Source: an uncultured Spirochaetota bacterium (GTDB lineage: Bacteria > Spirochaetota > Brevinematia > Brevinematales > JAOACQ01). From it: 64,000 nucleotides of DNA. The stretch covers positions 1,600,001 to 1,664,000 of the forward strand of contig CAVYGN010000001.1 of NCBI GenBank assembly GCA_963768055.1. The letters are read 5' to 3'. This document shows, in pieces, positions 30,885 through 40,053 of this stretch (the stretch's first letter is position 1; the number at the start of each line of letters is the position of its first letter). The notes under the pieces were generated by a model. The model did not search any database. It had not been told where the DNA came from and worked only from the letters and a program-made list of their open reading frames with translations. The position numbers and the translations under genes were made by a program.

Positions 30885-31423
30885 TCAAAGGCCCCCGCTT
30901 TTTTTTTATTGAATACGAAAAGCTTGTTCAGCAGAAAAGCAATCGCCGCCAGGGGAAGTATCAATATGGCGCCCGAGATATAAGCGGACACATGCAGCAT
31001 ATCGAAAATTTTGAGCCCGCCTACGTTTATGCCGTATACTACCGCGTAAACCGCAAAAAAGCGGAAGATAAGGCGTATGTCATGGACATTGAAAACCAGC
31101 CTGCCGACCGTCTGGAAATTAAAAAGTATCCCCGCTGCGGTGCTGATTAAAGCGGCTATCGAATAATGCAATTTTAAAAATATCAGGAAAGCGAAGGCCG
31201 AATATCCGAAAAGAGTGTTGAGTCCCCCTACGATGAGAAAACGCAGGAACAGGACCCTCAATAATTTTTTAATTAAGGGCACTTCTAATAACCCCCGGAC
31301 AAGCCGGGATAAACGCCTTTTCAAGGCGGCAAGGTAGTGCCCATAGGGCGAATTGATAACAATTAGTACAATTTTATTCTTGAATTCAAAAATTGTTTTT
31401 GGAACCACCCTTAACTCAATCAA
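30881..31423 (-). CDS. GtrA-family flippase
   Basis: RFLIVGGLNT, NF...RLVF, FLLNKLFVF; four TM helices. Confidence 0.88.
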   Translation of the reverse strand: MIELRVVPKTIFEFKNKIVLIVINSPYGHYLAALKRRLSRLVRGLLEVPLIKKLLRVLFLRFLIVGGLNTLFGYSAFAFLIFLKLHYSIAALISTAAGILFNFQTVGRLVFNVHDIRLIFRFFAVYAVVYGINVGGLKIFDMLHVSAYISGAILILPLAAIAFLLNKLFVFNKKKAGAFD

Positions 31424-32351
31424 AATTCACTCTCTCTTTTTCAATGACCAGAGGCCTGTTTTTAACCTGCGTATAGATAGCACCGATATATTCGCCTATA
31501 ACGCCGATAAAAAAAAGCTGAACGGAAGAGAAGAAGAACAGGCCTATAACCAGGGGAGCTATTCCCACATTGAAATTCTGCCAGTAAATAAGCTTGTAGA
31601 CGAAATAACCTATCGCCACCAGGAGGCTGATTATAGCCACGCCGAAGCCGATAAAACTCGCAAGCCTCAGGGGTATTTTGCTGTGATTGACAAAGCCCAG
31701 CATGGCCATATCGTAAAGGGTGTAAAAGTTATTCTTGGTCTTTCCGCCGTATCTTTTCGGCTGGACATAAGGGATTTCCGCGCGGTTGAAACCGAGCTCC
31801 GATACAAGCCCCCTGAAGTACGGATAGGGTTCGTTCAAATTCCTGAGGACCTCTATAAATTTCCTGTCGTAAAGGCCGAACCCAGTAAAATTGCTTATAT
31901 GTTCGGATTCCGAAAGCTTTTTGATCAGGGCATAGTACATTTTCCTTACGGCGAATATCAGCGGGTTTTCCCTGCTCTTCTTCTTTACCCCTATGACAAT
32001 GCTAAAGCCCTCTTCCCATTTTTTAATAAAATCGGGTATCATCGACGGGGGGTCCTGGAGGTCGCAGACAAGCGATATGACCGCGTCGCCCCCCGCCTGG
32101 AGCATGCCATGGAACGGGGACCGGATGTGACCGAAATTGCGGATATTGACGATAATTTTTATATTTTTATCGGCGCCGGCAATTTTTTTCAGGATTATGA
32201 CCGTATTATCCGTCGAACAGTTATCGATAAATATATGCTCGTAGCGGTATTGAGGAAGTTTATCGAAGACCGACTTCACCAGCTTGTACACTTCCTCGAC
32301 ATTGTCCTGTTCATTGTAGCAGGCCGTAAGGACGCTTATAAGTTTTTTCAT
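31416..32351 (-). CDS. GtrB-like polyprenyl-phosphate glycosyltransferase (GT2)
   Basis: CYNEQDNV, RNFG, CDLQDPP, two C-terminal TM helices, GEYIG...VKNRP. Confidence 0.92.
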   Translation of the reverse strand: MKKLISVLTACYNEQDNVEEVYKLVKSVFDKLPQYRYEHIFIDNCSTDNTVIILKKIAGADKNIKIIVNIRNFGHIRSPFHGMLQAGGDAVISLVCDLQDPPSMIPDFIKKWEEGFSIVIGVKKKSRENPLIFAVRKMYYALIKKLSESEHISNFTGFGLYDRKFIEVLRNLNEPYPYFRGLVSELGFNRAEIPYVQPKRYGGKTKNNFYTLYDMAMLGFVNHSKIPLRLASFIGFGVAIISLLVAIGYFVYKLIYWQNFNVGIAPLVIGLFFFSSVQLFFIGVIGEYIGAIYTQVKNRPLVIEKERVNFD

Positions 32352-32572
32352 ACTATTTTCTTACCTCTGCAAGGACCGCACACGCGAAATCCCTCGATAA
32401 TATTCTAAAGAAAGACGGATTTTTGAGCAAATTGTCCGGCTGAACGAAAAAAATCCGCGGATGGCACAGATTCCCCCCTTTGGGGGGAAGCAGATGAACA
32501 TAATTAATGTTAAGTTCAATCATTATTTAAAACACAAAAAAGATTTTGACAATTTAATGTTAAATAATTAGA

Positions 32573-33334
32573 ATGAAACATAAAAACAAAGAGGCAAAAT
32601 TTATAAAATTTCTAACGATGATATTTTATATTTTCATGTTCATTACAATATCTGTCTCAATATATGCTGATGATAAAGTTGGCGGAAAACTTTATTATAT
32701 TGATGTAACCGGGCTCGAGATTACTAAGCCCCTATACTATAGTCCCAAATATTTCAGAAACCTTAATGATTTTCAGTTAAACCATTTTATGTTTCCTATG
32801 ATAGGTTTTATGGCTGTACTAAGTAATCTTGCAGATATTATAACAGAATTCGATATAACAAATATAAAAGGGGAGTACTACTCGTCAGCTTATATCTTAA
32901 TAACTGCGGATTATACAAACTCAATCAGCAATAAATATAAAAATGATCCTTCAACATCTTCTCTTGAGCCAATATTACAATGGGATATACAGAATGCGAT
33001 TACTAATTTTAATGAAATGGGCGAGAAATTTCAGAGAATCAAGGATGATTTCTATTATATTATGGGAAATGATAAAAATTACTTTATCGGACCGGTTAAT
33101 ACAAGTGATGATTTATATATATATAAAAAATTTAAAATAAATGGCAACGATTGGTACTGGATAGCGCAATTTGCCCCGTATTCTGATTATGCTAGGGAAA
33201 ATGGCAAAATTGAAGGTTTAAATTATTTTTTTTATCACTTTGAAAAAGGGATAAGATATAGTATATATATAGGCAAAGGGAAAGAATTCGACGCTTTGAA
33301 ATTCCTTGAACGCTTTAAGCTGACAGGAAAATAA
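32573..33334 (+). CDS. Hypothetical exported protein (paralog A; possible orphan immunity protein)
   Basis: N-terminal hydrophobic signal ending SIYA; AT-rich; clear paralog of the IS-split gene downstream. Start uncertain because the ATG overlaps a TTGACA-17-TAGAAT promoter. Confidence 0.7.
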   Translation: MKHKNKEAKFIKFLTMIFYIFMFITISVSIYADDKVGGKLYYIDVTGLEITKPLYYSPKYFRNLNDFQLNHFMFPMIGFMAVLSNLADIITEFDITNIKGEYYSSAYILITADYTNSISNKYKNDPSTSSLEPILQWDIQNAITNFNEMGEKFQRIKDDFYYIMGNDKNYFIGPVNTSDDLYIYKKFKINGNDWYWIAQFAPYSDYARENGKIEGLNYFFYHFEKGIRYSIYIGKGKEFDALKFLERFKLTGK

Positions 33335-33399
33335 TGTCGGATTGTTGAATAAAGGCTAGTTTTCCCCAAATGGTGAAATTCAAGCTTTCCAATACTGAA
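33335..33399 (+). repeat. 65-bp direct repeat, copy 1 (copy 2 at 36782-36846)
   Basis: 63/65 identical by manual alignment; each copy begins immediately after the stop codon of a paralog. Confidence 0.95.
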
Positions 33400-33912
33400 T
33401 TGATTGACTGGGCTCTAAACTACAATGGAGGCTACGTTCCTGTGATATTTAATTCACAACCTAATGGAGGTAATTGAAATGAGGCAGTTTCAAATTTTAT
33501 TATTTTTTCTAGCTATTGCTGGTGGTGTTTATTCGCAGGAACATGTGGGCGGTAAACTGTACACGATTAATGTAATGGGACTTAAGGTAGAAAATCTAAC
33601 TAATTTTAGTTATAGTCATGAATTCATAGATCAAATTATTAGGAATGGGCATGAAGACAAATTTTATGAAGAAAATATAGAATTAGCAAATATGGCAGCA
33701 TTGGGATATTTAGCGGACAGTATAACAAAGTTTCGTATAAAAAATATAGCATATATTTTGGTAACAGCCGATTTTGTTAATGTTGTTTATAAAAATAAAG
33801 AGGATGCCGGACTGTCGAGGACCGGGTAGATTCCCCAGTGGCAGGGGCATGAGATTCCCCACCTTTTCCCGAAAAATACCGTTCTTGATTTTAGAGAGAA
33901 ATCATAAAACTT

Positions 33913-34659
33913 TCAAATAGTTTTCCCTTCCTTCCGGAAAGATTTTCCATCTTTGGATTTTACCAGGATTTTAATTGAGCCTGAAACAAGGCGGTCAAGC
34001 ATAGCCCCTCCAATCACAGGATCAGGGAAGATTGCCAGCCAGTCCTCCGGAGGCCGGTTGCTTGTCAGAATAATGGACCTGTTTCCAAGCCTTTCATCGA
34101 CAATCCGGTATAGGTATTCCGTTTCTTCATTGTCGAGTTTTTTAAATCCGAAATCGTCTATTATCAGGAGGTCTGTTTTAATACACTTTCTGAATAGAGT
34201 ATTCTTAAACATAAGCTTTTCGCTTTTCAAGTCTTCAAGAAGAACCGCGGCTTTCTTGAAAAGAACTGTGTTTCCTCTTCTGCAGGCCTCATGGCCGACT
34301 GATTTTGCAATGCATGTTTTACCTATGCCGGGAGGCCCGGCGATGACAACAAACTGTCTCATATCCATGAAACGGCAGGACGCGATTTCACGAATAAGCC
34401 TTGAAGGGATAGCGCTCTCATTGAAATTAAAATCAAACCCCTCGAAAGTGTTTTCCTGGCCGAACTTCGCTTCTCTCAGCCTCTTTTTGAGCATGTTATT
34501 ATCCCTCTGGCATAATTCATCCTGAACTAACAAAGAGAAAAATTCTCCATAGTCCAGGTTTGATTCTTGAGCCTCCCTGATCCGCATAGGAAGGTTGAAT
34601 AGCATCCCAGGAAGCTTTAACCTCCTTAAGTTTGCCTCAAGCTGATTCTGATGTTCCAT
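33913..34659 (-). CDS. istB: IS21 helper AAA+ ATPase
   Basis: LKLPGM, GPPGIGKT, LLIIDDFG, LTSNRP, LDRL motifs. Confidence 0.95.
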   Translation of the reverse strand: MEHQNQLEANLRRLKLPGMLFNLPMRIREAQESNLDYGEFFSLLVQDELCQRDNNMLKKRLREAKFGQENTFEGFDFNFNESAIPSRLIREIASCRFMDMRQFVVIAGPPGIGKTCIAKSVGHEACRRGNTVLFKKAAVLLEDLKSEKLMFKNTLFRKCIKTDLLIIDDFGFKKLDNEETEYLYRIVDERLGNRSIILTSNRPPEDWLAIFPDPVIGGAMLDRLVSGSIKILVKSKDGKSFRKEGKTI

Positions 34660-34677
34660 ATTTCCTCCTCATTATCT

Positions 34678-36221
34678 CTATTGAAAGTAATAGCTGCCGT
34701 CCCTGGTCATTTCAGACCCTTCTTCTGAAATTTCAAACAGGGTGTCCTGTTTATCCTTTCCTTCATTTTCCATCCAGCTTTTGAATAGTTTGGGATCGGT
34801 TATTTTTGCCGATATTGCTCTTTCACAGACTTTATTAAAGTATTCTTCTTTCGAGAATGTTTCCATTACACTTAAGAACCCCAGGGCCCTCCGGCAATTC
34901 AGATTAGCATGAACAGCAAGGATTTGAAAGATCAACTGGTATGCGGCTTCTCCGTATTTCCTCGACTGGTCTAATAAATACTTGGGGTATCCCCCGGATA
35001 GCATCTCCCTTGTATTCTCCGGAAAATCAGTCTTTTCATATGCTGCATGTCCTCTTGGTACGACAAATTCCCGGATAAGTTTGTACTGGAAGAAGATCTT
35101 CACTAAATTGCCGGTTCTCCTGACAAAGACTTCCTCTCCACGATACCTGGGAGGCAGGGAATACCTCTTTTTCTCGAACTGGACAAATTGGTCCGGGTGT
35201 ACCTTGGCCTTTTTCCATACGGGAGTCTTAAACCTTTCTTCAGGAAGCTTCTTAAGCAGGGGCTTCTCTATCGTTTCAAATACCTCTATTGGTTTCAAAC
35301 CTGTTGTTCCATGGTTCCTCATCCCGTATTCATACCTGCACCATTCCAGAGCTTTGATGTTTAATTCCTTTAACGAGGCTCCGGGATTAAGGGCTTTAAG
35401 TTTTCTGAAAAGCTCTCTGGCAACAGGGACCATTCTCTCTATCTTGGCTTTATCCTTTGGTTTCCTTACCCTGCAAGGATCAAGAAAAGTATTGTAATAC
35501 TCCGCATAATCAGCATATGCCTGATTATATTTAGGATCGTAAAGGTCCGGTGATATGATGCCGGTTTTCAGATTGTCCAGGGATATTCTTACAGGCACAC
35601 CGCCGTAAAACTCCAGCATATCCACATTGCTTTCAACGAATGATTCCTGGTTTTGTGAATAGACATATTGAACAAATGGCAGCCTTGAACTCGACATTAT
35701 TCCGATAAAAGACTGCACGATCTTGTTGTGCCCCAGGTATTCCATTGTGCCGGCCCTGCCGTAGTCAAGCTGGATCTCCTGACCAGGGTTAGTTTCAATC
35801 CGGATGGTTTCCTTTAATTCTTTAGCTGTAAGGCCGCTCTTTATCGAGAATCTCTTGAAACTTGTATAGCTTATGTCCAGATTATGCCTTATACAGACAA
35901 CTTCAAAGGCTGTCTTGGGTTTCATTCCGTTTTTCGGGTCATTTATGAGCCCGTACAGCTCATCTTTATATCGTTCAAGTATGCTTGTGCCTTATTTTCA
36001 TTTTTTGGAGGCCCTACAAAGGGGCGTTTCAGATGGAATTCTTCCCGGCTTATTGTTTCTCCCGCCTTTTCAAAGCCGTAATCGATAATTTTTTGAATCG
36101 CTAGTCGGACTGTTTTCCTATCCCTGTTTTCCTGTTCGGAAATTTCACTTATGCTTTGATCGGCTTTCCATCGTCTGTAAATGTCATAGTAATCCTGTTC
36201 GTTCATAAATCTGTACCCCAT
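34678..36221 (-). pseudogene. istA: IS21 transposase, frameshifted near 35985
   Basis: The N-terminal HTH ORF (36221-35943) and the DDE ORF (QLDYG, DNLKT, KAKIER; 35925-34678) are in different frames. Adding one base at CAA/AGC gives the continuous AQSILERYKDELYGLINDPKNGMKPK. Confidence 0.88.
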
Positions 36222-36781
36222 CCATTCCCCTCCGGTTTTTTCCGGAGAGTATGTTTGATTTTTTAGATTCTGAACAGGAAAAGGTGGGTGGGGAATCTCA
36301 TGGCCCTGGATGCTAAAAAGTGGGGAATGTGGTGGCCCTGACCCTGGGGAATCTCATGGCCCTATTTTGCCTTTTTACTGGGGAATCTGGGTGGCCCCGG
36401 ACAGCCGGACCATATTTAACCCTAGAACCTGCTCTGCAAACAGACATGCGAACTGCGGTTACTAACACAAATGATAAAAAATTTTTAAAGGTTAAAGATA
36501 ATTTTTATGAAGCAATCGGAAAAGATAAGAAATACTTTCTGGGTACGATAGGTTTTGATACCTATATTTTTAATAGTGTAGTTATTATTGGGTTAAACTG
36601 GTATTGGGAGGCAGAATTTGATGCAAATAATGCAAACGATTCGGATAATGGGAAAGGACAGGGGGTATTGTACTATTTTTATCATTTTGATAAAGGGGTA
36701 AGATATTGTGTATGTATGATACATGATAAAGATTTCGACTCGTTGAAATTCATGGAACGTTTTAAGTTGACTGGAAAATAA

Positions 36782-36846
36782 TGTCGGATTGTTGAATAAA
36801 GGCTAGTTTTCCTCAAATGGTGAAATTCAAGGTTTCCAATACTGAA
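36782..36846 (+). repeat. 65-bp direct repeat, copy 2
   Basis: Matches 33335-33399 with 2 mismatches; overlaps the truncated hicA on the minus strand. Confidence 0.95.
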
Positions 36847-36878
36847 ATTATTTCCCTTGATGAGTAAAGCTTAGACAT
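36813..36878 (-). pseudogene. hicA: Truncated HicA-like toxin (21 aa)
   Basis: MSKLYSSREIISVLETLNFTI* matches the HicA N-terminal helix but stops before the catalytic GSH motif; start overlaps the hicB stop. Confidence 0.7.
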
Positions 36879-37080
36879 TGATTTTTTCTCTTCCGATAAA
36901 AATATTATTAATTTCAGGCAATTCAACTTCATCCTCAAAGTAAAGTTCAACCGCTTCTTTAAGGTTATTTGCGGCTTCGTCAATGGTTTTTCCAAAAGAG
37001 GAAACATTGACATTCAGACATTGCGAAACATAGTATTCCCCTTCCTGCCAGACTACAAAATCTACTTCCTTTTCCTGCAT
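36871..37080 (-). CDS. hicB: HicB-family antitoxin (short form)
   Basis: VWQEGEYYVSQC...SFGKTIDEAANNLKEAVELYFE; AGGAG RBS. Confidence 0.88.
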   Translation of the reverse strand: MQEKEVDFVVWQEGEYYVSQCLNVNVSSFGKTIDEAANNLKEAVELYFEDEVELPEINNIFIGREKINV

Positions 37081-37197
37081 ATTTATCTCCTGTAAAAAAT
37101 GATAATGTTAATTGATCCTTAAATCAAGTTTTATTTTTGGTCATTAATGTTGGCTTCCATCAACAGTCTTTGACAAACAACAAAATTTGATAAGATT

Positions 37198-37226
37198 TTG
37201 ACAAGCAATTGTTAATTAATTAAAAT
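37198..37226 (+). promoter_or_regulatory. Sigma70-type promoter upstream of the RHS module
   Basis: TTGACA, 17 nt, TAAAAT. Confidence 0.5.
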
Positions 37227-37287
37227 CTAAGAATAAAAAAGTCTCAAGTTTTGATTATAGGGCTAAGGGAATTTTGTATTCGACGGA

Positions 37288-38829
37288 GTGAACCGGATCG
37301 CCGCCATTTCGGAAACGGCGGCCAGCACGGTTTTCTACCTGCATACCGATAATGTCGGTTCTACTACCCTTGTCACTACCGCTAATGGAACCGCTTACCA
37401 GAAGATAATTTATGCAAACTACGGCGCGATCTACAAGGCCTGGGACTCCGGGTCGGGAAGCTGGAATTCCCCGAATTCAGGGACCCTTTCAGACATCGGG
37501 AACTACGCGTTTACGGGCCAGGAAATAGACGGCGATACGGGGCTTTTATACTGCGGAGCGCGCTACTACGACCCGGATATCGGGAGATTTATCTCGGCAG
37601 ATTCACATGTCGACGGCAAGGGCCTCGATACTCAGGGATATAACAGGTATTCATATGCGAGAAACAACCCGATCGTTTATAATGATCCGAGCGGGCATGA
37701 CTGGTTGAATGATTTGTTTGGGGGCTGGAATAAAACTGTAGAGGGTATTATTGGAGCTGTAGTTATATTAGCCGGTATAATTTCAGTATGCAGCCCCGAT
37801 TTCTACGGCTCCTCAGCGGTTAGCAATTCAGTTGGATCTTTATTAATTACAATTGGGTATACAATGCTTTGCTACGCATTTAATGATCCGCAAGCTGCTC
37901 AAATAGAAACCACACCAGGCGATATACCAGTAGGACCAGATCCAGGTAACAATGGTCCTGGAGGCGGTGGCGGGGATAACAATGGCGGAAATAATAATGG
38001 AAACGGCGGCAATGGTAATGGAGGCTACCCGATCCCCGGAATCGGGGGCATGGGGTATCCAGGCGATACCACTACTGATCCCACTACTGTAAATGGCAAT
38101 ATTAACAATGCTGATCCCAATAACCCTAATTCAACGGCAGGAACATCAGGGGTTACATATAATAACGACATATCATGGCAGAACTGGTATAATCCTAGCT
38201 TCAATTATACCGCTGGCGGCACCTCACCAAACCTTACAACAACTGGCGATATAATCTATGATTATAACGGATTACAAACTTACGTTAATAATCAAACTCA
38301 AGCACCGGAGCCATGGTTTAATGTAGGAGATACTTCGGCTGCCGGTTTTTCAGACATGGTTGGTCCAGGATATTATATTTTGACCAGGGATATAGGTGGT
38401 GGTGTGTTTGACACATTTGGTTTAACTGATCCAGTACATTCAGCCTCTTTATTAGTATATACTAATTACGATGGAACAACTAATTTCCTCGCAGATGAGC
38501 TTATGCCAAGTAATGGTATGATCGTTTGGGGAGATGGATATTACCTAAAAACATTTTCAGGAGTCTTTAATATCAATGATTCAAATTATAATAATTTTTA
38601 TAATGAAATGTATAAATATAATTTTACCGTTTATGGACCTATGAATACTGGGAACGGTAATTATGGCCCAAATTTAGTCGATGAAATGAGTAATAATCTG
38701 AATAATTGGGGCCATCCTGCATATTGGTTCTTAGGTGGGCAAAACTGCAACAATTTGTCAGAGTATCAGTATAACACTCTATTTCCCGGCTCAATTTGGC
38801 CAAAAATTCCAGGAGCAGTAGGTCAATAA
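37288..38829 (+). CDS. Orphan RHS repeat-associated core with C-terminal putative toxin domain
   Basis: YLHTDNVGS, FTGQEID...LLYCGARYYDPDIGRFISAD, NRYSY, NNPIVYNDPSG core; no upstream YD-repeat body (in-frame stop at 37264). Confidence 0.9.
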   Translation: MNRIAAISETAASTVFYLHTDNVGSTTLVTTANGTAYQKIIYANYGAIYKAWDSGSGSWNSPNSGTLSDIGNYAFTGQEIDGDTGLLYCGARYYDPDIGRFISADSHVDGKGLDTQGYNRYSYARNNPIVYNDPSGHDWLNDLFGGWNKTVEGIIGAVVILAGIISVCSPDFYGSSAVSNSVGSLLITIGYTMLCYAFNDPQAAQIETTPGDIPVGPDPGNNGPGGGGGDNNGGNNNGNGGNGNGGYPIPGIGGMGYPGDTTTDPTTVNGNINNADPNNPNSTAGTSGVTYNNDISWQNWYNPSFNYTAGGTSPNLTTTGDIIYDYNGLQTYVNNQTQAPEPWFNVGDTSAAGFSDMVGPGYYILTRDIGGGVFDTFGLTDPVHSASLLVYTNYDGTTNFLADELMPSNGMIVWGDGYYLKTFSGVFNINDSNYNNFYNEMYKYNFTVYGPMNTGNGNYGPNLVDEMSNNLNNWGHPAYWFLGGQNCNNLSEYQYNTLFPGSIWPKIPGAVGQ

Positions 38830-38854
38830 TAAGATAAGCAATAGTGGAGGGAAT

Positions 38855-39421
38855 ATGTTAAAATTTATGGGGTTTGTTATAATTGCTGTGTTATTGTTTG
38901 TAACATATTTTTTCTTTATTGGAAATCGTACAAAGATGTTTGCAGTGAAAGGATATGAAAATATTGTTAATTGGGAAGGTCCTGCTGAAAGAGATAGAAA
39001 AATAATTATAGATGATAATAATATTTTTATTCAGTATACAGTTTTATTCTTAGCAGATAGGATAAATTCATCATATTCTTATCTAACAATAAAAAACAAA
39101 ACAGCAAAAAATTTAAAAATATTAAAAGTTGAATTTTATCACATTTTTAAAAGCGAATCCTTAGAAAATACTTACACAAACAAAGGGTCTATCGGAAAAG
39201 ATAGATATACAGATATTCAACCTCCTTTAATATTAAGCAGTAAAATTAACCAGGCATTTTTTAATTTTACCTCCAATAAAGTGAGCAAGGGCTTCAACGT
39301 CGGTGATATAATTAACGTTATGGTGGAAGTAGAATATGAAGTTAACGGTCAGGTTTTAACCGTCAATGAAAATATTCCAATTGTTGTGCAGATGAGGAAA
39401 ATTCCAATTGCCTGGTTTTAA
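38855..39421 (+). CDS. Hypothetical membrane-anchored protein, putative cognate immunity protein
   Basis: 25 nt after the RHS stop, GGAGG RBS, N-terminal hydrophobic helix, same AT-rich composition as the toxin tip. Confidence 0.6.
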   Translation: MLKFMGFVIIAVLLFVTYFFFIGNRTKMFAVKGYENIVNWEGPAERDRKIIIDDNNIFIQYTVLFLADRINSSYSYLTIKNKTAKNLKILKVEFYHIFKSESLENTYTNKGSIGKDRYTDIQPPLILSSKINQAFFNFTSNKVSKGFNVGDIINVMVEVEYEVNGQVLTVNENIPIVVQMRKIPIAWF

Positions 39422-39919
39422 CAATACAGCACGTAAAGTGAAAGAAAAATAGATATGTCTCAAATTTTTTACTAGGAAAAGGTATTTTAACCTAATTTAT
39501 GTTATAACAATAATCATGTTGCTTAGTGAACATTGTTATTATTTTAAACATATGTCCTACGGCAACCTACTATCATCAGGTACAAAATTAAAAAAGGCAA
39601 GTTGATTTTCTTATCTATCTCAAATCCCGGTGATTTGAAGGGAAATATTGCATTTATCAGCCGTGATATGGGATTACAATGACAAATGGTATCATTGACA
39701 AAAGGTTCCCGGTCGGCATAAAATTCAAAGGCGTATATTTAATTTTGCAGGGAAATCAATAGCGCATATCGAAAGAAATGTCTTTTGCACAAAACCGGTA
39801 ATTAGCTTTCATTTACAGATTGTTGAAAGGTAATATGGTGTACGCCGGTTCTTCGTTTGACTAATAAAAAGCAATGCTATAAACAATTTGCATAAGAATA
39901 GATCTTCTTGAGGCATCGA

Positions 39920-40053
39920 ATGCCGAGAGTATTGTATATTAATGGTTTCCGGTTTTTCTTTTTCAATAATGAACGGAACGAGATGCCGCATTTCATATTA
40001 TAATCTCCGATCTGGAACTATTAAAGGAGGCATGGCATGGATACTTCGGTTAG
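39920..40053 (+). pseudogene. DUF4160-like gene with internal deletion
   Basis: N-terminus MPRVLYINGFRFFFFNNERNEMPH (stops at 40003) and out-of-frame C-terminus ELLKEAWHGYFG* (40015-40053) match both ends of DUF4160 proteins. Confidence 0.75.

Larger units (their letters stand above)
33813..36403 (-). mobile_element. IS21-family insertion sequence (2591 bp) with 7-bp target duplication GCCGGAC
   Basis: TGT...ACA ends with imperfect 27-bp inverted repeats; internal repeats (TGGGGAATCTCATGGCCCT-like at 36289, 36321, 36345; inverse copy at 33846); direct repeats at 33806-33812 and 36404-36410; istA and istB inside. Confidence 0.96.
33479..36781 (+). pseudogene. Hypothetical exported protein (paralog B) interrupted by IS21
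   Basis: Joining 33479-33812 to 36411-36781 restores one 234-aa frame (...KEDAGPYLTLEP...ERFKLTGK) collinear with paralog A; GGAGG RBS before ATG 33479. Confidence 0.92.

Noticed and set aside
31353..32408. 351-aa plus-strand ORF
   Set aside because: Lies entirely antisense to the motif-rich GtrB-like gene; no recognisable motifs; shadow ORF.
33335..33399. The 65-bp repeats as integron attC sites or CRISPR repeats
   Set aside because: Only two copies about 3.4 kb apart, no RYYYAAC...GTTRRRY dyad, no integrase or cas genes.
36289..36403. Four ~20-bp repeats resembling a mini CRISPR array
   Set aside because: Spacers are 4-14 bp and the units match the opposite IS end; these are IS21 terminal transposase-binding repeats.
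36320..36781. 153-aa ORF as an independent gene
   Set aside because: Its first 28 codons are IS21 end sequence; the rest is the C-terminal half of the interrupted paralog B.
37940..38140. Gly/Asn-rich low-complexity stretch as a tandem DNA repeat
   Set aside because: Codons vary and there is no fixed period; it is a protein linker within the RHS tip.
39422..39800. Possible further gene remnants in the AT-rich gap
   Set aside because: Only short open stretches without starts or recognisable motifs; cannot be supported.
39809..39991. 60-aa minus-strand ORF
   Set aside because: Antisense to the DUF4160 remnant; no RBS or motif support.
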